64,000 nucleotides of DNA from the NCBI GenBank assembly GCA_013265495.1, contig MU059441.1:496001-560000 (forward strand), in the 5' to 3' direction. Position 1 is the first letter of the stretch, and each line of letters begins with the position of its first letter. Below, one piece after another: positions 12,801 to 24,470 of this stretch. Source of the stretch: Vicugna vicugna (taxonomy: Eukaryota). The notes below the pieces were generated by a model. It saw nothing but the letters and a program-made list of their open reading frames with translations, was not told where the DNA came from and ran no database searches. The translations under genes and the position numbers were made by a program.

Positions 12801-14490
12801 CGTCTGCGGCCTGAAGCCTCCTGTTGCAGCGCTTGTCCAGCAAGACTTCAGGGGCAGCGCCTCCCCCAGCTCTCCTCCCACCCTACCACCCTGCCCACCC
12901 CGGTCCTCATGCTCCAGTCTGGCTGTCTCAGCCCAGTGTGCCGGGGGCGTCGGGGCTGGCGAGGGGGCCACTTCTGGCGGGGCGATAGCCCTGAACCACC
13001 CAGACCCAGCTCCTAATGCACAGGGGCATGTGGCCGCAAAGCCCCTCGGACGGAGGGTGGGTCTTGCCTGGGCCCCGGGAAGGTTGCCGTGGGGACGTCC
13101 TCTGTGTGTCTGCAGGGCAGCTGTCCCCCAGGCTGAACAGTACCCAGCTGCTGGGCGGCAAGGCTGGGAGGCAGGGCTGGGAGGCGGGGCTGTGCCCGGT
13201 AGGGTGCGCGGCTCTCCTGTGCTGGGACCCAGCCCCGCCCGGCTGGCTCCAGGAGATCTGTGCTCTCTGGGTCCCATGCGTTCACCGTCGTTTTACAGGC
13301 AAACGGGTGACATTTCTTCCAGTTGACGCTTGCCCACCATCTTGTCTCCTCGTATTGCTGCTGACAAGTCCCAGAGCAGAGAGGCCTTGGGCCCGGAGTG
13401 ACCCTGCTGTGGGGGGGCCACTGGGGGTTCTGCAAGGCCGGCCATCAGGATGCCTGCGGCCCTGGCGGGAACCTGAAGACAGAGGAGGAAGGGGGCAGGA
13501 CGAGGCTGCCCGTTTACACCTGGAGGCATGTCTGTCCCGCCTTGGTCCAGCTCCAGGACTCGGGCCTGTCCTCACGAGACCTGTGAGCCCTGACGGTCCT
13601 GCTGCCACCGAGCCCCCCACTGGCCATACCCGGGGGGTCGTGTGGGTTGGGAGCTGTTCACAGGGTTCAGGGACAGGGGTGGGGGGACAGGAGGCCTGAT
13701 GTGAAAGGACAGCCGCGCACAGGCTCGCGGCCAAGGGAGGTGCTGGCTGGAGGGCGCGGTGAAGCACACTGGGCCCCGGGGAGAGTGGCAGAGATGCCTG
13801 TCCGAGGGCCGGCTGTCCTTCCTGGAGTAAACCGTTTAAAAGACCCACGACTGGACTTCGTTTTAGATTTCAACATCACTGCATTTTCCCCCACGTGTTT
13901 TTCTGACCCTGTTTCCCCCACAGTCTCGTTTGGAACAGAGTGGATGAGGCAAGCGTAAGCTAATCCAGGTGATACCAGTCAGAACAAGACAGCACAGTAC
14001 GGTGTTTTGGGGTGATCTCTGGACACGAGATGAGCCCTTGCCGCTGTCCTCTGATACCAAACGACGTATCCACTGTCAAGTAAACCTGAAAGAAAATAAA
14101 ATACTCATTGAGTAGTTCCAGTAAAACTGGGTTGGAATTTTGACGTGGAATTGTGGCCACATCAAAAAGTCTTCAGCTCGGAAGCGGAGGCGTTCTGCAA
14201 GTACTGGGGTTGGGGGAGGCCATCACCGCACCGTGATGGCAGATGGCGCCCAGTGAGGGGACCCCAGGTCCCTAGAGGTAAGGGCTGAGCCCAGGAGCCA
14301 TCTGTCCTGTGCTGAGGAAAGACCCCCATGTTCTCCTCCAGTGAGAACTCTCTGAGTCCTCTTCCTCACTGCACAGACACCAGCAGAATTGGGTTTCGAG
14401 GCTGGAGCCCCCAGTGCTATAGGGCTGGCCGTGCCCTGGCTTGCATCCTCAGCACACGGTGGAATCCCACGTGCTGGGCGGAGCAGGAAG

Positions 14491-14900
14491 CGTGTGCACA
14501 TGAGAGAGTGTGCACCTGTGAATGTGTGCACCTGTGCACACACCTGTGAATGCATGCACCTGTGAGTGTGCATGTGAGTGTGCACCTGTGAGAGTGCACG
14601 AGTGTGCACTTGTGAGTGTGTGCACATGTGCACACACCTGACAGTGTGCATGCACCTGTGAGAGTGCATGCGAGAGAATGCACTTGTGAGTGTGTGCACC
14701 TGTGAGTGTGCACTTGAGCGTGCACGTGAGAGTGCATTTGTAGGTGTGCACCTGTGAGAGTGCATGAGTGTGCACTTGTGAGTGTGCACTTGTGAGTGCA
14801 CCTGTGCACGCACCTGCGAATGTATGCATGCACCTGTGAGAGTGTGCATGTGAGAGAGTGCACTTGTGAGTGTGTGCACCTGTGAGTGTGCACGTGTGAG
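14491..14900. repeat. Degenerate minisatellite built on tgtgagtgtgcacc / gtgcacttgtgag units
   Basis: about 410 nt with recurring gtgcacctgtgag and gtgcacttgtgag units; about a dozen CACCTG hexamers. Confidence 0.9.
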
Positions 14901-15470
14901 TCTGAGAGGGTGAGTGTTCAGGAGAGCGTGTGTGAGACAGAAAGGCAAGGGTGGAGGGGCCTCAGGAAGGAGACCTTTGAGAATAACATTTATTTCACTT
15001 TTTTGGTATTTGCTTCATATTTTTAAAAAGAGAATGTAATCTTTTTTCAGATGAATATGTTTAGAGCCTAAGTTTAGGCGTTAAGCCTACTTTGATAAAC
15101 GAAGAGAAAAAATAGTAATTGCGTACAGAACGCTGGAGTGATTGTCTCTAGGAAGTACGGTTTTGAAACCTTAGTTCTTCCTTAGGCATCCTGTGGCTTT
15201 CCAGTTCTCCTCCCCGTGCACGTACTAGCTTTGAGGTCAGAAAGACAGCTTCGTCAGAGAAGCCAGCCGCCTGTGCGTGATCCCGTGGTCACAGTGGCCC
15301 ACGCCTGCGCTGGAGGCCGTGGCGGGGCAGGGTCCCCAGCTGGCCTTCTCTCCGAGGGGGTCTGGATGCCGGGGACTGCAGGGGCCCCCCACGCCTGGCC
15401 CATGGTTCTCAGTGGGCCATCCCCTCCCTGCCCGCTGGGCCACCACAGGCCTCCTCTCTCTGTCCTGCAG

Positions 15471-15606
15471 GCCCCGCAGGCTGGAGCCCGTGTGCTCGGG
15501 GCTGCAGGCCCAGATTCTCCACTGCTACCGAGACCACCTGCAGGAGGTGCTCCTGTGCGCAGACCTAGTCAAAGCCTACCAGCACTGCGTGAGCACCGCC
15601 CACAAG
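15471..15606 (+). CDS. CHCHD6: CHCHD6 (MIC25, MICOS subunit) penultimate exon encoding the CHCH twin-CX9C domain
   Basis: acceptor ctctctctgtcctgcag at 15470, donor AAG|gtaagg at 15607; translates [45 protein letters not shown] with C-X9-C...C-X9-C spacing; matches the CHCHD6 C-terminus as I recall it; CHCHD6-PLXNA1 adjacency is known mammalian synteny. Confidence 0.95.
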
Positions 15607-16979
15607 GTAAGGCCAGCTCCCCTGGCCGCCCACCGGGCAGCTGGCGCCTCTGCCCACTGGCCCGCCAAGCCAGCATCCTGACCTCCCGCCCACCATGTCC
15701 ACGGCTGGCCCCTGAGTGCTCCAGGCATCTGCGTGGGGAAGGGGGTGTGGGCGCAGCCTGCTAGGCTGGGTCCAGGAGCTGTGCTGGGTATAGTCAGGCC
15801 CCACTGTTCAGGGGTGGCCACCCAGCCCTTACCTCTGGGCTGTTGGGCGGGGGATGCATGTGCAGGCTAGGGTCGTGGAGAGGGCTGGGCCACCCAGTAG
15901 AAGGGGTCAGAGCCCTGCTCGAGAGGGCAGCTCTGCACCCACCCAGCTCCTGTGCTGGCCCAACTGACGGGACCAGCCTCTGGGGAGTGGGCGGGCGATG
16001 GTGGCCCCAGGTCCCGTGCACTCCTCAGCCGGCATCAGGGGCTCTCCAGGCTATTGTGTCATCTGGGGTGCAGTGGCCCTGCCCTGAGACCTGGCCTCCC
16101 TCCAGTCCCTCCCTGCCGGCTCCCCCAGCTCCCAGCCTCCGCCCCCAGGCACCTCCTCACTCTGGGCAGCTTGGGCTCACCAGATGGCTGGTATGTTTGT
16201 TGGAAGAGCTGCGGGGCACGGCCTTCCTCCCTGGGACAAGCCTCTGTTGCCAAGTAGGAGACAGGCGGGTCTGGATCGCTCCTGCGCACAGCCCGCCTGC
16301 CCACACCGCCCTGGGCTCCACAGGGACCAGCTGGGCCTGGAGCCTGGGGAGGAGGTCAGGTGTCCTCTGCGAGCTGCAGCCAGTGCAGGGGAGGCACCCG
16401 CGGGCCCCTCGTCCTAGCCTAGGGAGGCTCCAGCCTTAGAGACCCCCCAGAGCGATTCACTCCTGCAAGCGGCCAGGTGGCCGGGACCATCCCTGGCACC
16501 AGGGAGCCAGCCTAGGACTCAGGCCACCTGATCCAGGGCGGAACCTCCCCGGCTGCTAGACGAGCTCAGCCCAGCGTGGTGGTCGCCAGGAAGCGCGCTG
16601 GCGTGTGGACATGCTGGTGCCTTGGGTGCAGGCCCTGCGGGCAGCCAGAGGGCGTGAGAGCGCTCACCTGAGCACGTGCTGGGGGAGGGTCACAGGAAAT
16701 CTGTGCGGTTAAGGCGAGAACAAGAGGGACCCCCCCAGGGCAGAGGAGGACTGGCCAGCACCGTCTGTACGTGGGGCGGGCGGGAGGTCGGTGGAGGAGG
16801 GGCCATGTCAGCTAGGGGCCGCAGGCACGTGCGTGTGGGCACTGGGCTTGGAGGGGAGGAGGCCCAGTCCCAGGCTGCAGGGACCAGCTGGGTGGGGGGT
16901 GCGTGTCCATTTAGCGGTCGCCCCCATGGAGCAATACCTGGAGGGGACGCCAGCAACTGACCTCTATTCTCCCTCGCAG

Positions 16980-16985
16980 GGCTGA
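16980..16985 (+). CDS. CHCHD6: CHCHD6 last exon: terminal Gly codon and stop (GGC TGA), followed by about 180 nt of 3' UTR
   Basis: branch-like actgac, tract ctctattctccctcgcag, then GGC TGA, completing ...AHK-G-stop in phase 0; AATAAA about 160 nt downstream. Confidence 0.9.
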   Translation, partial: G

Positions 16986-17142
16986 CAAGCAGCCTCACTC
17001 CTGGCCTGGCAGTGACTTGGAGCCCTGATGAGGGGACCCATGTGGGACCATAACCCACAGACCCCTGGGCCACAGCCTGTCCTGCTGGGCGCCTCTGCTG
17101 CCCCTGTGCTTGAGAAACTGTGTGTGCACCTGTCCACGGACA

Positions 17143-17148
17143 AATAAA
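17143..17148 (+). terminator. CHCHD6 polyadenylation signal
   Basis: AATAAA followed by U/GU-rich gcatttgtctttgttttctct; cleavage expected at about 17160-17175. Confidence 0.85.
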
Positions 17149-20100
17149 GCATTTGTCTTTGTTTTCTCTCACTCCATGTGCAGCCCTGCACTGGCCCCAA
17201 GATCAGACAGGCTGCTGCCCTGGGGAGCATCCAGCTGGTGGGGGGGTGGGCATCCAGCAAAGGGCCACCCAGAGCTGGAGGAGGTGGGCAGATGGGGAAG
17301 GTTCCTCACTGGGACACAGCAAGAGAGCAGGCCAGCTTCCGGATGGACAGGGCTGAGCTATGAGTCCAAAGCTGGATGGATGGCAGCGGGGCAGCCGGAG
17401 GCTGGGAGAGCAGAACCCCAGATGGGAGCCGGGGGTGCCCGGAGGGGGCACAGACTGTGCACAGCTGGGCGTTTGCAGAGAGCAGGCAAAGCAGGGGTCG
17501 GCGGGGCGAGGGCAGAGGCCAGGCTGATGCTCCCGGCTCTCTCCATTGGCTCAGCCTATTCCTGGGCATCCTGGGGCCAGAACCAAGCTTCCCTGGGCTG
17601 GGTGCCCCCATCTCCTACCACGGACGTAGGGCTATGTTGGGTGGACTTTGTTGGAGTCAGGTGCACGCGTTCAGGGTGTGGCTCTGTGTGCACGTGTGTG
17701 TGCACGTGTACTCAGCAGTCCTACACGTGGGCCTGGTCCCCAGGCCCCCCACGTGGTCGTACGTGGTACGAAGCCAGCTGGAGAGAACATGGCACGAGCG
17801 AGGGTTGTGTCCAGCGGGCCTGGACCCCGAGGCAGCCCAGGACCCGGCCGTGTGACTGTCAGGAGGGAGGGTTAGTCCGCAGCCCACCCAGCTGCTGGGG
17901 GATTAAACGTGATGACGTTGGCTGTGGCGTCCAGGCTCCAACCAGGAGCCTGAAAGCACCGGTTATTTAAACAGAGGGAACTGGGTGCAGGGAGTCGGTC
18001 CCAGAGGAGGTGGAGGAGCTGAGAACCCAAGTTCGATGGTGTGATGGCCCAGAAGGCAGCCCGTCACCCAGGGCTGGAGGGATGGCGGAAAGAGGCAGGT
18101 TCCTGGGGGACGCTGGCACCATAGTGGCCCTGCTCAGGGGCTGGGGTCCCGGGGACACCGCCGCTGCAAGAGGCAGCCTCTCCCTCCCCCTGCCCCACCT
18201 AACCTCCGTCTCCCATTGTCTGAAACCAGCAGGACTGGAGGGCAGGTGGCCCTGGAGCTGCCCCCGCAGTGGAGGCTGCCCCCGGGCCCAGCACCGTGGG
18301 CAGGTCCCTGGAGACCCGTGGGGTGCAGCTCATGGAGACAGACCCACGGTTAGCACACGCGTGGCGCTCTCCACGCCCTCTGGGGTAGTTACTGCCGCTA
18401 CTGCCCCCAGGTTACAGACGAAACCGGGACGTGTGCGGGTTCTCTGTCCTGGGCTGTTGTCTGGCCTCTGCGGTCTCTGGTGCCTGCGGGCAGCCTGGTG
18501 CAGGGTTCAGAGCCACGTCGGAGCCACAGGGGCGAGACCGAGCCCCGCGCGGCGCCTCCAGCTCCCTCATTTGTAGGGGAAGACCGTCCCAGGTGCATCT
18601 CCTGGGGAGCAAGGGTCGTGCGACACGGCTGGGCTCAGCAGGCGTGAGAGCAGGGGGCCCGCCCCCAGCCCCTCCCGGCCAGCAGGACAGCTCACTTTGG
18701 GGTTGCGGCAAGGCCCCAGGGGTAAGTCCACGGCTGCAGCCAGAGAGGGCATCTGCAGCGGGCAGAGACTCAGTTGCACAGCACTTGGAGTGACAGGCCA
18801 CTCTGGAGACACGGCCGACGCCCAACCACAGGGACGCCCCGTCCACCCTCCCCGCAGCCACAGGCAGCAGCGAATTGTGTGGAGATCGTGAATCCAATTA
18901 AAAAGTGCGAGCTGTCTCTGGATGAAGAAATACCACCGTTACACAAGCGAAAACACAAAAGAACCCGGGCAGAGGGCTGCACACCGACGTTCAGTGCTTT
19001 TCTCTCAGGGGTAGAATGACGGTGAGTTTTGTCTTGCTTTCTATAATTAACTGTATTTTCTCTTCTTCTAAACTGACCAGAACATTTTTAGTAGCCCCCC
19101 TACACCCCCCAAACACCCATGCAATTCCCTGGCGGAGCCTGCACCTCCTTGAACAGAGATCCGAAGCCTGCAGGGGAGATGAGGGAACCTGGCCGGGCCC
19201 AGAGCACACGTGGGGTGGGGGTGGGGCTGGGGACCCGCGGGGGCAGGAGGGCCTCTGCAGCCGCTTGTCCTTTTGCACAGCGAGCCCTGGTGTTGACATC
19301 CCCACAGGTGGTCAGGGCTCTGCGCTGGAGACGCCGCATTGCCCCAACCGACAGGAGCTTGGAGCTCAGTGGGGAGGTGGACAAGGTGAAACCCACAGTA
19401 CAGGGTCTGATGCAGAAACCGTAACACAGAGAGAAAGTGGGGGCCGGGACCAGGGGTGGGGGCTGCTGTTTCCCACAAGGGCGCATGCCCCTGCTCCCGG
19501 GGCCTCCTACATGCAGACACAGGGCCGGGTCCTTGGCCCAGGAACCAGCATGGTCACGTCCAGGTGGCTCTTAAGGAAAAACACTTACACTTCGTACCTG
19601 ACAACATGCCTCATTAAATTTAATGGGCTGGTTATTTCCATTAAATAAACATCAACTAATTATGAAAAACATATTTGCTGAGGTTTGGTATGGAACGATG
19701 AACCAATTACATGGTTATTCAGCCTCAGAACACAAGTGGTGATGAGGTGGGGTGCAGACCATGGCGGGGAGGGCTGGTAGCGCTCTGGGTCTTGGAGGCC
19801 CCCCCAACCCACTTCCTTCCCAGGGCTTGGTGGGCCCCCAGAATGTCAGTGCCCTGGAGCACCAGTGTGGGCAGACTGGACCCAGACAGGGCCAACTTGG
19901 GCCCTGCACCAGCTAGGACCCTGCAGCACAAGTGACAGACCCCCATGCAAATTGACAGGTGAGAGGAGTGCTGGCTCATGTGATGGAGAAGTCCATAATG
20001 AAGCTTCAGGCATGGCTGGATCAAGGAGCTTAGACACAGTGATTGCGACTTGGCCACTCTCTTTCCATCTCAGCCCTGCTCTCTGAGCGTCTTCACCCTC

Positions 20101-21084
20101 AGGCTCCACGAAGGGCCCAGGGGCCCTTGCCTTATAAGGAGTTTTTGTTTCCCTCTAGGTCCAGCTTGGGGGTGTGGGTGACAATAAATTGCCCTAGAGC
20201 TGACAAAGCATATCAGGACATCTCAGGGGAGGCCAATAAACGTGAAGAAATGCCCCACATCCTACGACCCCGCAGGGACCTGTGAATAAAAGCACAAACC
20301 CCTCCACACCGCCGTCCAGGGGCTGAAGTGACAGGACAGACAGCCCGGCTGTGGGCGTGCACCCAGTTAAACAGCCACCCACACGCCGATCCGGCCAGAC
20401 ACCCCAGGGCATAAGCATGCGTGTCGTCTACCTGGGGCTTAGGGGGTGGTCTCCCAGCCGCACTCCTCACAGCCACGGCGTTGAAGCCACCCGCTGTCCA
20501 GATGCCCACGGACAGTGAACGTGCACTGCGGGTAATCCTTACAGAAAGCACTGCCTGGAGCTCCTGTGACCGCCTGGACGCCTCTCAGACGTCTCGTAGG
20601 GCAAGAGAAGCAGGCAGAGAGGACTTCACGCTCCTACCTGCTCCCAACAAACTTGCGCAAACCTGGCAGCTTGCACCACGTGCCCGTGGCCGGGAGCCTG
20701 GGCGGAGCTGGTGCTCCGCTCAGCGTCCTGCGAGGCTGCCGTCAGGGTGTGGCCGGCTGGGCTCCCCACCCTCAGCGGGGCCAGCCAGGGAGCCTCCGGA
20801 TCATTCGCTTTCGCCGCCTGTCGGGGTCACACAGCAGAGTGACTCACTGGCACCGGGCGTGTCTGCCTAGGAACCGGTGATTCCACTTGCGTGACTTCTA
20901 GGAGGGAGGGGGAGGTGCCCTGAGGTAGCTCTTGTGGAATGATCTCCAGGGTCGGTTAGCAGGAGAGAGGAGAGAGATGAGCACAGGATTCGGAGCAGAC
21001 GTGAGCTGGGTCTTTTGAGCAGAGACAGGCAGGAATGTCCTTGTGTCGTCTCTGCCATGACGGAGGGACCGCAGGTGGTTTGTG

Positions 21085-21233
21085 CTCCCAGGTGGTGACC
21101 TGGAGGCCCAGCCAGGAGATGACTTTTCACTGGGGGTCCTTTCAGGCACCACTTGGATTTAATTTTTTTTTACCATGAACGCATATTTTAATAATTAAAA
21201 GGCCTGTTTTAATTGTTAAAAAAAAAAAAAAAA
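21085..21233 (+). mobile_element. Probable L1ME-like 3' terminus with A16 tail
   Basis: ggtggtgacctggagg...gatgacttttcac...ttttaccatgaacgcatattttaataattaaaa resembles ancient L1ME 3' ends; A16 at 21218-21233. Confidence 0.4.
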
Positions 21234-23214
21234 GGCCAGACCTCTTGGAAGGTGGAGGGCTCTGGAGGCAACAGCAGCTGGCACACCAGAGGGGTTGCCT
21301 CCGCCTGGCCCCTTACCTTACGGTGAGCAGTGGAAGGCGTGGAGGGATCAGTCACTCAACTCTGATAGGCCCAGTGAGCTGCCAGGGTTGTCTTGGCCAA
21401 CAGGTAGGGAGCACACACCCGAGACTGCACACAGGGGAAGGCATAGCCAAGAGATAGATGACAGTGACATGTTTGGGCCCCTGGATCCAGCCTTGCCTGA
21501 AGCCCAGACCTCCTTGGACCTTTTGGAGAAGCAAGTCAGTGAATGTCCCACTGGATGAAGCAAAGCTAGGTTTTCACCAAGGCTGGTCCTATCCATTGTC
21601 TGTGTCTGGTGTCTACTCTGACTGGCTGTAAAAGATTTTGAATGTCACTTCTGGTGCTTGTCCCTTGAACCAAAAAAATCCCTGCCTGCCACCCTGGAGG
21701 GAGGTCTCCAGTGAGTAGGGCTTGAGATGTGTGTTCAGACCCCAGCCCCTCACCAGCCCTCCTCTGCTGCCCACTCCATTTGGGGCCTGTGCCCAGGATG
21801 GGGTGCTGAGTGGCTGACGGCTGGCCTCCCCACAGAGGACACCAGAGAGATGCTGGCTTTGTCTCCTCCTCATACCTTCCCAGCCAGGGAAGCCATGACA
21901 CCTGTCTGGCAGAGACGTCCAGTCTGGGGTCCAGGGCCCACGAGCCCAGGGCTGCTGCTGGCCAGGGGGTGGGCCGGGGCTTCCGGGCTGCTGCCTAGAA
22001 GAGGAGGGGCCTGTCCTGGGGCTGCGAGTGAGGCCAGTGGGTGACCTCGTGAGGACAGAGGACAACATCACCTGCAGAGCACATGGTAGGTGAGGGAGGT
22101 CACGGAGGTTCCCCGCGACAAATTGGGGCGGGTTCCTCTGTGCCTTGGCTTCCTCACTGCTTGGGGGGTGGTGTTGGGGTTGAAGAAGGCTCGTGGGAGC
22201 CCCTGCCCACGAGGCGCCACATGGTTTCTCTGATCCTCACAGTGACCCTGGGGCAGCGCTGTGTGCCCTGCAACCTGGGAAAGGGCACGTGGCTGGAGTG
22301 GAGTCCAGGGCAGGGGCTGGGACCCCGTGTTTCTGCCTCCAAAGCCTGTGCCTTCTGCATGGAGCCCCAGCTGGACGGGGTCCCCCCCAAACCAAGGAGG
22401 GTTTTCCCAGGAGGGGTGACACCAAGGGGAGCACAGGAAATTCAAGAGCCCCGCCCTGGAAATTCCAACTTCCCTCTCCATCTCCGTGCTCACCCTGAGC
22501 CTGACCGCGGGGCAGGCAGCCACCCAGTGGTGGGCGTGGGGCTGCGGCTCCAAGGCTCTGCAGGGTTCGCGTCTGGGATGGAATGCTGGGCTGAGGGGCA
22601 GAGACCGGCTTTCCCCGCTGCACCCTCTGAAGTCCCTGCAAAAACCCTGGGAGGTCCCTGTGCTGCTGTCTGAAGCTGGTCCTCGGCGATGTGCTAGGCA
22701 GGAACAGACATGGATGCGTCCCACAGACCCTCCTGGACTGTCTGCCTCGGGTGAGCGTCAGGAGACGAGGCCCTGGCTCCCTGGGCTGCACGGGGCGTGG
22801 ATCTAAACAGCAGGGGTACTGGGGCGTGGGGGTGGGACTGGCCCACCTCTTATGTCAAGGAGTGGGGTGGAGTGTCCCTGAGAAGCAGACCTGAGCTCTG
22901 AGACCAGAGAAGAGGAGACGAGGGTGGGGTAGGAGGGGGCGGCAGGGCATACCCAGGACCCCGCGGTGGCCTCTGCTGCTGGGACGAGGCCAAGGCCGGG
23001 CCCCTTGTCGCCTTCTTATTTGGCAGTAATGATCATCGCAGTGACAGGCGTCCCGGGAAGCTGTGAAGACGGCACAGGCGACACCAGGACGCCCACATCC
23101 ACACGAGGCGTGTCCCTGTCACGAGCAGTATCCCGGTCACTGCAGTCAAGATGCAGACCCGCCCCTCCCCGCCCAGCCTCGCCCCAGAAGCCACACACCT
23201 GTTCTTCAGCTCCG

Positions 23215-24470
23215 TAATTGTGTCATTTCAGAAACGTTCAGTGAGCGGACGACACTGCTTGCGTTTTCTATGATGGTGGTGGGTGGGCTGCCGTCCTGGT
23301 CTTTTTGCTTGCTCCCCTCTTCCTGTGGGTCGTTGGGCCCCACCTTCCAGACCTGTGGGGGCTGTCTCGGCCTTTGCCTCTCCGCAGCCTGCGCGTCCGT
23401 GTGCGGTGGTCCGAGGCGGCCCCTCTGCTTGCCAATCCTCGGACGGCGGTGTGTCTGTGGGGGTGGCGTCCCTCCTGCTCCCCTCTGGGTGAGGGCTCCG
23501 CCGGCTGCTCCTCCGAGCCGCCGTGCTGCTGCCACGGTCTCGCTCCTCCCTCGGTGAGGGCGCCGCGACTCCCCTCGCTCCCGGTTCCGTGGTTTTCCCG
23601 CAAGTTGCAGACCTCACGGTTGATGGCTTTCTTTGGTCTTACAAACGCCATCCCACTGCCTTCCGGCCTCCACGTTCTCTGACAAGAAAGCCACGTCGCT
23701 CACGCTGTTCTCCCTGGAAGGCAAGGAGCGTTCCTCTGCCGCTGCTTCCAAGGTGTCTTTGTCTCTGGTTTTTGGAAGTTCGAGGAGATGGCTGTTGGTT
23801 CAATTTGGGGTTCATGCTCCTTAAATCTGTAGGTTTATGTCTTTTGCTACATCTGGGGACCTTTCAGCCCCGCCTGTTTCCTCCTCTCCTCGGGGACACC
23901 TTCGAGGACACAAACGCCCCAACGGCTCCCGAGGCTGGGTGTCCCCAGCCTGCTCTCTGGGTCTCAGGTGGGTCATTTCTACTGCTCTGCTTCATGCTCA
24001 TGGGGTCTCCTCTCTCCCCTGCTTCGCTGCAGAGATATCTTCTGCGCTTTTTATTCCGATTATAATTTAAAAAATTCTAAGGTATCCACGCGGTTCTCCT
24101 TCACACTTCGATTTCCTTGCCGAGACTGCCTGCTTTTCATTTGTCTCGAGCACATTCATAGCCGCTCATTGGACCGTCGTGTATGGTGGCTGCTTTCAAG
24201 TCCTTGCCAGGAGATTCCAGCATCATGTCACCTGCGTGTTGGCCTCTGTTGACCATGTGCTCCCAGACACAGCTGCTTGCTCTGGCGGTGACCCTGGATG
24301 GGGTCCTGCACATTTAGGGGCTGTGGGCTGAGACCCCTGGCTGCATCTCAGTCTTCCAGTCACAGCTGGCCACCTCTGATCCCATGTGGGTGGGCAAACA
24401 GGGGGCTGTCCGTTACCTTTGGGTGGGGGCAGGCCCAGCCTCCTGCTTTAGTTCAGTGATTTTTAGAGAG
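23215..24470 (-). mobile_element. Degraded, GC-shifted L1M fragment (ORF1/inter-ORF region)
   Basis: gctgcttccaaggtgtctttgtctctggtttttggaagtt, gctccttaaatctgtaggtttatgtcttttgctacatctggggac, ggctgctttcaagtccttgcc: antisense L1M motifs; boundaries approximate. Confidence 0.65.

Noticed and set aside
14223-14948. His/Thr/Cys-rich ORFs (also at about 5000-5350 and 6459-6961)
   Set aside because: Translations of CA/TG simple repeats, not metal-binding proteins
1-15470. Further CHCHD6 coding exons
   Set aside because: No segment translates to recognisable upstream CHCHD6 sequence; the region appears to be one long intron whose 5' exon lies outside the window
21195-21233. ATTAAA followed by A16, suggesting a retrocopied mRNA end
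   Set aside because: No upstream coding remnant; the flank looks more like an ancient L1ME 3' terminus
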